DNA from: Phoronis australis
Taxonomy: Eukaryota > Animalia > Phoronida
Reading direction: 5' to 3'
NCBI GenBank assembly: GCA_002633005.1
Contig: NMRA01000025.1
Location: forward strand, 1,157,160 to 1,221,159
DNA: 64,000 nt
Part shown: piece by piece, positions 26,754-38,883 of the stretch
Layout: each line of letters begins with the position of its first letter
Position numbering within the stretch: the stretch's first letter is position 1
Program-made: the position numbers and the translations under genes
Notes under the pieces: model-generated
Database searches by the model: none
Seen by the model: the letters and a program-made list of their open reading frames with translations, nothing else
Told to the model about the DNA's origin: nothing

Positions 26754-29700
26754 TCATGTTGTCTTAAACTTGCAGTCACACTGTACAGTAATTTTTCCTC
26801 AGTCTTTTGTTGGCTGCTGTTAAACAGCGGAATAGTAGCCATTTCCTCCTTTTAAAACTGTCGTTCATATTCCGTTGTATTTATCCTGCTTGGAATGTTG
26901 TCTTTGCCCAACCTTGTTTTAGAATATTAGAATGTGTTGTACCTAGACACATCAAAACCATAATATGCCTTTGAAAACTGCTTCATTTCATGAAAGTTTG
27001 AAAATCTGTGCAAAAGTACCCAGTGGTGAATCGCGTGCATGCTTTCTCTAGTAGTGTTGTTTTCAATAACAGTTTATCTGAAAGGAATGAAGTTGGTTAG
27101 AAAAGAACTGTGCTGTTTGGGAAAGCACTGAATAATTTAAAACATGCAAACAAAAATTCTTTACTATTGAATCGGATACTGTTTTCTGAAATTGATTTGT
27201 TTTTGACGGTCAAAAATGACAATTGAGATGCTGTTGAATGTTCATTCCGTTTTTCTTACCATTCCCAAGTCATGGAAACGAACAAGTTTTGGTTTTGTTT
27301 ACTAATCACTCATACAATAAAACTATTAATTCGACATGGAAATCCATGTTTAAAATACAATATGATTAGAAACAGGAAAAGCGATCAACAAAAAACATAG
27401 CTTGCTGCCAAGTGCCATCAATTATATTTCAAACCCTAACTGGTGCTGATGACTAAGTGTAAATCTCTCCAGGGAGTTGCTGAGCCGTCACAACAGTGCC
27501 CAGTATTGTCTCATCACTGGCTTATTATGTTGTTTTGTACCATGGACAGATGGGAAGTCAGTCAGCTAATTACATCATGCATATTTACAGTTCTAAGAAA
27601 CTTAGTCTGTCCATGTGGGTTAATTACCTAAGTTTGTCTCTGCCAATGAGGGTTGATTGTTTAAGTGTGAAGTGTTGTTTGGTACACACACATGCACTTA
27701 ATGGAGACAGATGGGACATTTCTCTAACTGTTCAGGTTATGTAATGAGGCGAATGCACACAGTTGGTACCCTTGGAGTTAGTGCCATACAATTCCTTCTT
27801 GGTGTCCTCATCAGAAAATGAATTTTTGTGTCCTGGGCCAACTCTTTCTCCTGAAGGAATATTAGTAGAGAGATTCGTGCCCGGTAGAGATCTTTCTGAA
27901 GTCCATGTAGATCAGAAATAAAAAATATTGTCTGGGTTTGGTTGCTTTATTAATCAAAAAGGGACAGATTATTTAGTGACCGATTTGCATTTATTTCAAG
28001 AAATTACCCTTTTTTATGATATGCCTGTAATATTTTTCAGAGTTGAATATCTGTTCAGCAAACCTGTTCTAGAAGTCATCACAAAAGCATCATTCTGGCT
28101 TGTCTCGGTCATTCTCCTGTTAGCAGGATGTGGGGAGTTATCTCCCCTGACTAGCCGCTCATTGTCTGATGTTGACTTTCAGGCTGGGAATATTGAAGTG
28201 ATCATTCTGTGAGGTTTTTGTTAGATTACTTTCATTGTTATCATTTGTGAATTAAATTGACTATAATGGTTCAGAAAAAGATGAATTTGCACCTCTACAC
28301 TTCCTAGCACCCAAGTTTCTGNTCATGTTGTCTTAAACTTGCAGTCACACTGTACAGTAATTTTTCCTCAGTCTTTTGTTGGCTGCTGTTAAACAGCGGA
28401 ATAGTAGCCATTTCCTCCTTTTAAAACTGTCGTTCATATTCCGTTGTATTTATCCTGCTTGGAATGTTGTCTTTGCCCAACCTTGTTTTAGAATATTAGA
28501 ATGTGTTGTACCTAGACACATCAAAACCATAATATGCCTTTGAAAACTGCTTCATTTCATGAAAGTTTGAAAATCTGTGCAAAAGTACCCAGTGGTGAAT
28601 CGCGTGCATGCTTTCTCTAGTAGTGTTGTTTTCAATAACAGTTTATCTGAAAGGAATGAAGTTGGTTAGAAAAGAACTGTGCTGTTTGGGAAAGCACTGA
28701 ATAATTTAAAACATGCAAACAAAAATTCTTTACTATTGAATCGGATACTGTTTTCTGAAATTGATTTGTTTTTGACGGTCAAAAATGACAATTGAGATGC
28801 TGTTGAATGTTCATTCCGTTTTTCTTACCATTCCCAAGTCATGGAAACGAACAAGTTTTGGTTTTGTTTACTAATCACTCATACAATAAAACTATTAATT
28901 CGACATGGAAATCCATGTTTAAAATACAATATGATTAGAAACAGGAAAAGCGATCAACAAAAAACATAGCTTGCTGCCAAGTGCCATCAATTATATTTCA
29001 AACCCTAACTGGTGCTGATGACTAAGTGTAAATCTCTCCAGGGAGTTGCTGAGCCGTCACAACAGTGCCCAGTATTGTCTCATCACTGGCTTATTATGTT
29101 GTTTTGTACCATGGACAGATGGGAAGTCAGTCAGCTAATTACATCATGCATATTTACAGTTCTAAGAAACTTAGTCTGTGTATAGGGGCTAATTACCTAA
29201 GTTTGTCTCTGCCAATGAGGGTTGATTGTTTTAGTGTGAAGTGTTGTTTGGTACACACACATGCACTTAATGGAGACAGATGGGACATTTCTCTAACTGT
29301 TCAGGTTGGGTAATGAGGCGAATGCACACAGTTGGTACCCTTGGAGTTAGTGCCAAACAATTCATTCTTGGTGTCCTGGTCAGAAAATGAATTTTTGTGT
29401 CCTGGGCCAACTCTTTCTCCTGAAGGAATATAAGTAGAGAGATTCGTGTCCAGTAGAAATCTTTCTGAAGTCCATGCAGATCAGAAATAAAAAATATTGT
29501 CTGGGTTTGGTTGCTTTATTAATCAACTAGGGACAGATTATTTAGTGTCCGATTTGCATTTATTTCAAGAAATTACCCTTTTTATGATATGCCTGTAATA
29601 TTTTTCCAGAGTTGAATATCTGTTCAGCAAACCTATTCTAGAAGTCATCAGAAAAGCATCATTCTGGCTTGTCTCAGTCATTTTCCTGTTAGCAGGATGT

Positions 29701-29889
29701 GGGGAGTTATCTCCCCTGACTAGCTGCTCATTGTCTGATGTTGACTTTCAGGCTGGGAATATTGAAGTGATCATTCTGTGAGGTTTTTGTTAGATTACTT
29801 TCATTGTTATCATTTGTGAATTAAATTGACTATAGTGGTTCAGAAAAAGATGAATTTGCACTCTACGCTTCCTAGCACCCAAGTTTGTG
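26754..29889. repeat. Apparent 1.57-kb tandem duplication joined at N 28322
   Basis: 26754-28321 versus 28323-29889. The first half looks identical and the second half has scattered SNPs and indels. Confidence 0.9.
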
Positions 29890-30659
29890 AACAACACTAT
29901 GCAGATGCCTTTCATCTAGTCTTGGTTCAAAGCTGTATACTAAAAATACAGCTTTTCACCTATGAGGGTAAAAAGTGGTAAGATAAAAGCTGACACAAAA
30001 TTAGTGTTATTAAAAACTACAGTCTTCCTTGAGTAAACTAAATTATTTAATGGTGTTGGAAAAATGGCATTCTACCATTACAAAAATGACCATAACTTTA
30101 CTATTTGGCAAGATATTAACTTGATTTTTGGAACATATATCCGACATATGATGGTGTTCATGTAGCTGTTGACTTTATGAGCGAAACTCATCAAATTATC
30201 AGGTAAATGCAGGTAAAGGTAGCAAATAATGTGCTTGTCAATTAAATTACGCCCTTTCCGTCCAAAACATTACTGTTTTTATTGCTTAGACATTAAAATA
30301 ATTAATTCACAATGTTCTTCAATTCATTCTAAGAAGTCAGGTAAGTATTCACCGCATTACCAAGACAATATGTTAGATAACAACAAGCAGGTAACAACCA
30401 AGTCAACAGGCAGAAAGATGAACACAATCTACAAGCCCAAAATCTTAGGATAATTTGGCTTGCAATAACAGTTAAGACCAAAAACATACTCAGCAAAATG
30501 TTAAACAACAGTCACAGGTACCATTTAACCATTACCTGAAGGTAATGAGCCACAACAAACAAGTAGGTATAGGAAAGTACAGGTAAGTCATATTCCGAAT
30601 TCACGACATTTCGAATTGTATGTAATGCATGAAATAAACTTTTACTGTCTTAGAAAATG

Positions 30660-31154
30660 TTACTTTTATTATTGGCAACTACTTCATACCCATCATGATC
30701 CCAATAAAGAAAAAAAAACTTTATTTCATCAGGGCATGTTGGCTGCCATTTTGTTTCCAGTGATGTTGCAAAATTCTGCTGGCCAAAAAGATTCGTTCCC
30801 TGAGACACCATTTCAAAAATTCTATCTGGCAAAGCAGTTTGAAACAGTGAACAGGTTTGGCTGAAGGTTGTAAGTCATGATTAACACCAGTTATTTCAAT
30901 AAAACCCATTAAATTATTATTGCACAAGTCCCAAGACCAATCGGCACCAAGTGCTGCTAATACCGGATCGGCAACATCGGCGATTTCATCATCGCCCTTA
31001 TCCCCAGTCGACGAAACATCGTAGATATTAGCTTCAGATTATTTTTGACAAGTCATTCACAAATTCGAAGAAATTCGGCTACTTGTGCATTCGTAAAACC
31101 GCCGAAACTAGCGTCACTGTCACTGCTATAGGCATTGTTTTCACCGGAAGCCAC
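30660..31154 (-). pseudogene. piggyBac (PGBD4-like, DDE_Tnp_1_7) transposase N-terminal relic
   Basis: Across frameshifts it reads (V)ASGENNAYSSDSDASFGGF..DW..FIEITGVNHDLQPSAKPVHCFKLL/PDRIFEMVSQGTNLFGQQ..KWQPTCPDEIKF..FIGIMMGMK*LP. This matches the piggyBac pattern PxxxFxLF..TNxYA..WxPTxxxEIKxF..I.MG..LP. The start codon appears mutated to GTG. Confidence 0.8.
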
Positions 31155-34100
31155 GAGACGTTTAAATTTTCAGAAACAAGTTAAAAGGTTACCAGAAAAT
31201 TACCTCAAAAAACTTCAGATTCACTTGTCAGACATCGTGAAATGTGGTAGGACGAATAGACGGATGTTTACAACGGAAATAACGTTCAGACTCGAGAAGA
31301 TGCGTGAATGGACTGGAACTGTATTTATGAAGGTAAGGTCGGCCGGTTTGAGCCGGATTGGTTGCATACGGCAACGGCCAGGTTTGGCCGGGTTCGTTGT
31401 ACATGCACTCAAAATAAGTGGAATTTCTCAATTTAATGTGGTCTTCACCATATGGTGATTTTGCTGTAAATAGAAACGCAATAGGGTGTTGTGGAGTGAT
31501 CTTTACTCAGCAACGGCTTTCAGTGCCATGAAAAATTGCGTCACCTTTTGGCCAGTTTCTTTTTTCGCCGATTCTTCAATCAACTTGTTCTTTCACAAGC
31601 TTGCGTACACGTCACAACAAATTATCGAAACTGGTTTCACTTCGTCAATAGTTTTTAGAATTTGGATACTGAAAAAACGAATTTCAGAAGAAATTTTGCT
31701 GCTGCCAAGCTATCATCATCTACCGAGAGATGATGCAAAAATTTAGGAAATGGCACGTGCGCGTGACACGAGCGTACTGTTTTCAAAACGACGACATACT
31801 TTTCATTGTTAGAAAAGGCGGAGAGTTACGCAAGAAAATGACATTTATTGTATTGTTTTTCGCTTAAACGGCTGTAACGGGCAAGGTGAGTGTCAGTTGA
31901 TTTCCAGATTTTGTATGCACCCCATCCGGTTTATAGCTTTACATGTTGATAGAAGTTTCACGGTGATGTGACAAGCAGAACTACCCTGGCTGTGTGCAAT
32001 TTCGGGGTCTAAGAAAGAAATACACACAGTGGTAACTAGGTGTATTTTGACGATAGTCTTCATACAGCTAGCTGGCTAGCTACCTTCCATCGTGAAAAGC
32101 TAAGTTTGATTCCGACCATTCCCTATTTAGACGTTAGTCTCAAATTGTTCCTTAGTCAATATAAGTGGACTTGTGAAGACCTGGCAGTCTTTTTTTTCTT
32201 CATGACGAGGTTATACAAGTTGACTTGTTGTGGTGTACCATTTTGTTTGCCAAGTGTAGACTCTATCATAGCAAGAACAGAAAGCTCATCTGATCTGATT
32301 AAAAACCAAATTGATACCAAATTTTTAGTGGTAAGGGATTCGAACAAAACTTGGTATCCATGACGAAACCATGGGTTTATTGCGGTTTTAATTTTGTGTT
32401 GAAATCTTGCCAGTTTCATACAAAAATAATTGCCATAATTGATCTGCTTCAAAGCTCTAACATTGTTGTGAATGCCCACGATTTTCAAATCATTGCTTAA
32501 TCATGTCTATGGTTTAGAGCGATGACTTATTTGGTGCTAATTATCTGTCCTCTCTGCCATGCACTGTCCTGAATTGTGGAGAGTTCATGGTAATAGCTGT
32601 GGTTGCAGCCTGTTTGACTGGTTGAATTTAGTTTTGCACTCTGAGTTCCTGGAAATTGGTTATGCAACCTTTTCCAGTGTTCCCTAATACACAATATGAT
32701 CCACAAGTAAAATTCTACTTTGTCAAATTTCTCCACAAAAATAAAGATTAAAATTACATTAGTATGTTACCAGCATGATTTGTAGTGTGTAGATGTAACA
32801 TTTGGTAAAGTTTCCGTTATTCAAAGCAAGTTATTCAGCTTTTGAAAAACAGAAAATTGATCATTTGGCAATTGTTTTGTTTTTTTGTGCAGCATTTCTG
32901 TAAATAATCTGGTTGGTCGCATAACCAAAAATGGCGTTGTTGTCACACTTAATATAAACATCCTCATTTACACCAATTTAGTTGATCAAAAGTTTTTGTC
33001 ACGTGTAGGTCATGGGTACTATTGGTGTAGATGGACTTTTAATTAATTTAAGTGCTATGCTTGAAAATCTTGTCAAAATCAAATACTGCAAGCCTGTATG
33101 TTGTCAGTGAGCAAATTGGGTAGATGGTAAGGTTATGTGGGATCTTGTTGAAAAGTTTTTGTATTTAGCCTAAACTCAGAAAAACTATATATTCTCTGAA
33201 ATTAGAAAGCATGTAAAATTTTATTTTTCACTTTCTACCCATCTGTTACTAATTGTGTCAGGCGACCATATGTTTTATAATAAAATGTAGCAAAAGGAAT
33301 TGTACATTGATGGCAAAATAACATGGTCAAATAAAATTTGACAACTATTCAGGGTGAGACCACAAAAACGCTGTAAAGTTTTTCTATTATTTCGTTATCG
33401 TTTTATGCCACTTTAAAGTTTTTTTTCATAAAAGACATATTTTGATTGCCCCTGGTGCGTAAGTGGAACATTCTAAAAAATAAGTACCACCATCGTTTTG
33501 AAAAGTACATAAAGCTTACTATCTGAAATTTTCACGTGAATTCAGTCAACTGTTCCTGAGATATGTTGTTCCAAATATAGCCAAATTTGACATTTTTCTA
33601 GGGTGCAAGCATGGGCAGATTTAAAGGCAGTTTTTGAAAAGAAAGGCTGTGTATTTACCTAAAGTGACAATTTTCAGTTACTCATAAGAGTTGAGTCTAA
33701 GTATGTCAGTTGATGTCAGTGCAGAATGCAGGCAATGTGAGTCCAAGGCATATGGGAGCTGGAGTGAGCATACATGGAGATGAGGCACCATACAAACTGT
33801 AGTGAGCCTTTATGTGGCTAGACTGAAACAATGGTTATTTATTCTAGTAATTCATGGTTAAATGTTTGTAAGAGGTTAGACAATAGTCATGCTTTAGTAT
33901 CTATCACAAGTTGGCTTGTAAACTGTTATCTTTCATGTGTATAGCTAATGGTGAATGTGGTCTTAGTGATTGTGTGGATGTTTTCATATTTGGTATTGCC
34001 CCCCCCCCATTGTCAGTGTGAATTTAAAAAATAACACTTTGAAATGAAATATAAATACTTGTTATAGAGTTCTGTTAATAAAATGGCAAGAAAACCCATC

Positions 34101-34162
34101 GGAGTTGCATGTATTTTGTATGCTTCTATGTACCGTAAACATTCAGGTTAATGCTCTGGGTN

Positions 34163-34876
34163 CTTTTTCGAAAGTTGATCGCACGGCGGAAAATCGTGCG
34201 CTAAAAAAAGCTTACAAAAAATGATTTATCAGCGATAATTTGAGACAAAAAGATTACAAACTTACAAATAAAGACTAAGGTAACGATTTATAACACAAAA
34301 TTATCTTATAGTTAACTTTGAAGTCTGAAATCGGGTAATTTACCGACGTGGGTTTTACACGGAGGCAGATATGGGGCACCGTGACCTACTTTTTGATTGT
34401 CCTCCCTACTCTGGGTATATACCCAAACATGGCCGCTTAACCAGAGCCAGATGCGAAGTTCAAAGAATTTGTCGTATGGCTTGTTGTCAAAAAATTTGAG
34501 TCTGCGTTCTCTAACCAGCGTGTATTCGAGTAGCTACGGTAAAAATTTAAGACAGTAAAAAAAATAAGTCTTTTGAAACTTTCCTGAATTTTAGAAATAG
34601 GCAAAATTGGTCGTCTGAAATTCGAGAAATATGAGAAAGACGCCAAAATCAACAGTCTCCGAAATCTTAGAATTTATGCGGTCAGGTGCCATCAACGTTT
34701 CAATTTGCAGTTTTAGACAGTTTGAAGTTAGCCGTGCAGATTTGTGATTGTTGTTGTTGATAAGAATTTGAAATAAGAGAAATAACACGTTGGAACACTA
34801 ACCACCAAAATTACGGGACTGACCTGTCACACAAAGGTCATCGAAGTCGTTAAAAAGGCAATGTTGGAAAACCCTA
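34163..34876. mobile_element. CpG-rich non-autonomous DNA element, truncated on the left at an N
   Basis: Starts right after the N at 34162, keeps many CpGs, and ends in gttggaaaacccta (reverse complement TAGGGTTTTCCAAC, resembling a hAT-type terminus). Confidence 0.4.
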
Positions 34877-34946
34877 GATACTAACTCCCTTTATTATTTC
34901 TCTATACAATTTTTGCAGCTCTAACTTCTCATTAATCAACTTTCAG

Positions 34947-34964
34947 GAGACTCCAGCTTCAGAT
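34947..34964 (+). CDS. TRIT1: Candidate microexon ETPASD (or ETPASDVSK, ending at 34973)
   Basis: Branch-like ctaac near 34921, acceptor caactttcag, and two in-frame donors (GAT|gtaagc and AAG|gtcagg), both phase 0. Confidence 0.4.
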
Positions 34965-37542
34965 GTAAGCAAGGTCAGGATTTAGCTCTCAAAACTGCAA
35001 GAATAAAGTCTTTGAAAGATTTTTTTTGTAGTGTAAACTGTGACTGACTATATTTTTGTTTTGGTTAGTGTTGTTTTCAACAACAGGGCTGTTTTTAACC
35101 TACTGCAGAAGAGACAGACATGGGCATTTATCCGAATGTTTACTATAAGTTCCCTAGTCTATAGGACACACATGGCAAAACCTTTTCCTTGACATTTCAT
35201 TTAAGTATTTTGATCTTGTACTGTTTAATGGAATTTGCAATTAACAATTATATCACTGGTTAAGAGGTGATAAGATGTCCAATAACAATATTTGTTGTCT
35301 CTTTGTGATTGAGTTATCGAGGTAAATGACCAGTTGGTGGCCTCTTGACCAGTATTCAATCATAAACTGATGTGAAAACAAACTCTTAACATAAAAAGAT
35401 TTTGTTTTGATTGGTCTTATCTATAGAGTCATTGACACCACCTGTCTGAGTTGTTTAAGGGATTTACCATCAATGATATGCTTTGAAGCTTCTTGGAGCC
35501 ATATTAAGACTGACTTCCAGGTGCTTTGGTGAAATGTTATCAAAATGGTGTATACTTTGTTAAGTTTCTATAATTTAGAACACTTTATGGCAGAGCTGAG
35601 AAATTTATTTTATCAAAGATTTTCAACAAAAGTTAACAAGAGGCAAACGTCACTTCATTGTTTGCCCACTTTACGTTGTACAACTCTCATCAACAAATAA
35701 ACAACGAAATTTGAACATCGAAGTAAGTTTTTGAAAAATGGAAGATTGCCAGTTATGGATGTTTGAATTTGGGGAAAGTTCACCATAGTCTGTTCTTGTA
35801 AATACCTCAGAACCTGATAATGTAATATTTACCCACAATGCTATACCTTTATAGGGTACCCAGTGGTTTACTGTTACTGGCTAATTACTATCTTTATTAT
35901 GGTTCGAAGGACCTTTTTAATATGCATTTTGCCAAATATCAACAAACTATAGGACCTAAGTCTCTAGAAGAAGGTATTTTCTGATAGTACAAAGCACGTA
36001 GACTACGATTTTTAACTTTTTACCAATCAGTCATTAACGGGGTCACTAACCATGTAAAACAATGGTGTCAGTGACGTGACGAAATTTCGTTTGTTATATA
36101 TGTTTTTATGAAATTTGGAAAAATGCTGCTGCAACTTTCTCAATGCCATTTTTTCCTTTTTATGCAAATTTTGATATTTTTCATAAAAATAACAAAAGCC
36201 TTATTTTTGATGGCCCCCATGCCAAAGTGGAACATATTAAAAACTACTCTTAATTAACAGCATATTGCGCTCAGTGCATTAAGTACAATATCTGAAAGTT
36301 TCATTTCAATCCATTGAACTATTTCTGAGGTATGAAATTGCGAAGTTGACAAACTGTGGACATGCACGTAATACTTAAGTTTAGTTTGCCTTTTGTTATT
36401 CAGATTCTGTTTAATGAACTAGAACACAGGTACATTTTGGGGAAATTCCTATAAATCCGTCTTCGCTTTTCCCTCTTTACTTATTTGTGTTTCAGTGGCG
36501 TACCTTTCAAAAACTAGATCAGTACCACAATATGTTTTTCTACCTCCCCAAAAGGTAGAAAAGTGAATCTGGTGTGTGGGAGTTGAAGAGTCATTGCCAA
36601 GTGGAACTCCACTTTAATGGGAGACGACATGTCATATAAGATGGACAGTCCTGCAAGTAGTTCTAACCATTTGGAAGTTGTAACTTAAGTTCGCTTAGTT
36701 TGCCTTTTGATCATGGAGGGTTCTTGTTTTTTTCTGGGTGATTGCGTGCACTTCACTGCACTTATCACATTGATATGATTCTGAAACAAAACAATTGTAA
36801 GCACTCCACGACATCCTGCACATCCTACATCTACTGTTGACACAATCATTCCTAACACAGTAAGACAATGCTTATTGATCTGTGGTTTCACTGTTGTTCA
36901 ACTGTCATGGGAATTTTCATTAATCCTCCAGCCTATTGCACTTTACTTGTTTTGTTATGAGGGGATAATCTGTGCAGTGCAATGTTAACATAATAGATAA
37001 TTCCATCTGCTCAGAAATACGTTAACTTTTATCTGTCTGCTGAAGGCTGTACATTTACAGACTTAAAACGGCTACAAGAAAAGTATTAAAACAGGTCAGC
37101 TCATCTCTTTGTTACATTGTCCTTGACAAAAACAGATGTCATGGCTTCCAGGGATTTAAGATGATCATTTGAATATGGTTTTGTTCTGTCTAATGTTAAT
37201 GCAATTTAAACACAGCTAAGTGTTGTATCTAAACTCAAAGGTCAAGGGCACATCTACTATGTTGCTTCCTCTCACTGCAATATTTGAGCCCTTCCCTTGC
37301 AGTGCACCCTTTGCGCACATTTCAGTATGGGTTGTTCTTATTGTTGCCTAGCTTCAACATTTAATATTTTTGTTCACTGCCATGCCTTTTTGCTCGTTTT
37401 CAACACAGTGGTGTTCATTTCCTGTTGAAGCAAAGCTTATGTTTCTACTCACAGGAGTCATGTGTATAGAGTACATTCCCAGACATTGGTACAGCCTGTT
37501 GTTGGTTCAAGCTCATTACAACATTGTTGGTGTCTATTTCAG

Positions 37543-37608
37543 GCTCAGCAGCCAGCACCAACAGACCACCAACCACCGCCAACAGACCACCAGCTACACC
37601 AAGTGCAA
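37543..37608 (+). CDS. TRIT1: Candidate 66-nt phase-0 exon AQQPAPTDHQPPPTDHQLHQVQ
   Basis: Acceptor gtctatttcag and donor CAA|gtgagt. C/A-rich composition contrasts with the T-rich intron. Internal PTDHQ duplication; phase matches exon 42144. Confidence 0.65.
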
Positions 37609-38806
37609 GTGAGTACTCCAGACATCCCCTCTATCAGCAGCGCTATTTTTAGGAAGTAAGGTCCTTGACTCAAGAGCAGTCTTTTAGTATGAGGAAACAA
37701 ATGAATGTGGGGGTGAACAAGAGGGTTAAGCAACAACTTAGGTATGCATACATTGTATACCAATCTAACACTGTGGTAACATTTTGCCAATTTAGGACAT
37801 AATGTGGACGACGGCTGAAATTTTATTTTGTCATTTGTTCAAATAAGTTACGTGGCGCATAATTAATGCTTTACAGTGATCATGTTTTGCATGATATTTA
37901 TAGTCATACAAAATTTTTTAAGCTTTTGGGCTCTCGCATTAATAGTAATGTATTAAGAAGACCTTGAAAATGACAAAAGGACAGTTAGTAGTGCATTTGA
38001 ACAGAATTATTGGAAGATGTTAACTATCCAACCACATACAGGGTGTTTAAAAAGTTGTAACAAATTTGAAAATGGCATCTCTGCAACCTTGGATATTGTT
38101 GCAATAATATCTGTGCTGTAATTGAAAGGCATGTAAGCTTAGTTTAGACGACTAGTTTTCTCAGCAACAGTTAACCTAAGGATAAGTTGTCTCTGGTCTA
38201 CTGATACTACGCATCAACTGGTGCTTGTGAAAGTTCACCATGCGCATTTGCGTTGTTGGGAAATCGCACATGTGAACAAACTGGTGTATTGGCAAGCTAA
38301 TATACTTATTTTTCTTCCTTGAAACTGTCTCTGTCTATGTGGAGGGTAGAGGGATTATAGTGGTATATTGGTCAGGCATAAGTTGCAGCAACTTGCTAAA
38401 ACTGTCATGGTTTGACAAGTTGCTGCAATTTCATTATCTGTCTAGGTGAGCACCGGCTCCTGTTTCTAGGAATAATTACCCATCTACATGCAGCTTTAAG
38501 GTATTCGCCTTTTGTGCGGCTTTCATTTACTTACATGATTAGGTAAAGCATGGCTGAAGAAGCGGAATAGTGTACGACTGTTGTATGATAGTTTGTGACA
38601 CACGTTGTGGTAATAAAATGGAGCTCTGTTTTGACAAATTTTCACCAAAAATTAACTGCAAATACTTAAATTATGTTTTATTATTAGCCAGGCTGATCAA
38701 CAGTGTAGAGCTGTCGCAAAACAGCTCTGAAATTTCTGAGACATGGTGCAGTAAAGTTTCTTCCAATTAGATTACAATATGGCGGAATAGTAAAATGTTT
38801 TTGAAA

Positions 38807-38883
38807 GGAGTCAGTGTGGCCTAGTGGGATAAGTGTACGCTTCCTGTGCTCAAGGTCGTCGGGTTCGAGTCCCACTGGGGCAC
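38807..38883 (+). mobile_element. tRNA-derived SINE head or tRNA pseudogene
   Basis: Pol III A box TGGCCTAGTGG (38817) and B box GGTTCGAGTCC (38862) at tRNA-like spacing. Acceptor and anticodon stems do not pair well. Confidence 0.65.

Noticed and set aside
31232-31332. Plus-strand exon-like segment (cacttgtcag ... AAG|gtaagg) in the piggyBac leader
   Set aside because: 101 nt would shift the TRIT1 frame, there is no homology, and it lies in transposon-derived sequence. At most a cryptic exon.
33350-36350. Two diverged similar blocks (about 33350-33600 and 36030-36350)
   Set aside because: Probably copies of an old dispersed repeat; boundaries and class could not be determined.
38807-38883. 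Functional tRNA gene
   Set aside because: A and B boxes are present, but the acceptor and anticodon stems do not pair and no T-run terminator follows. Treated as a SINE head or pseudogene.
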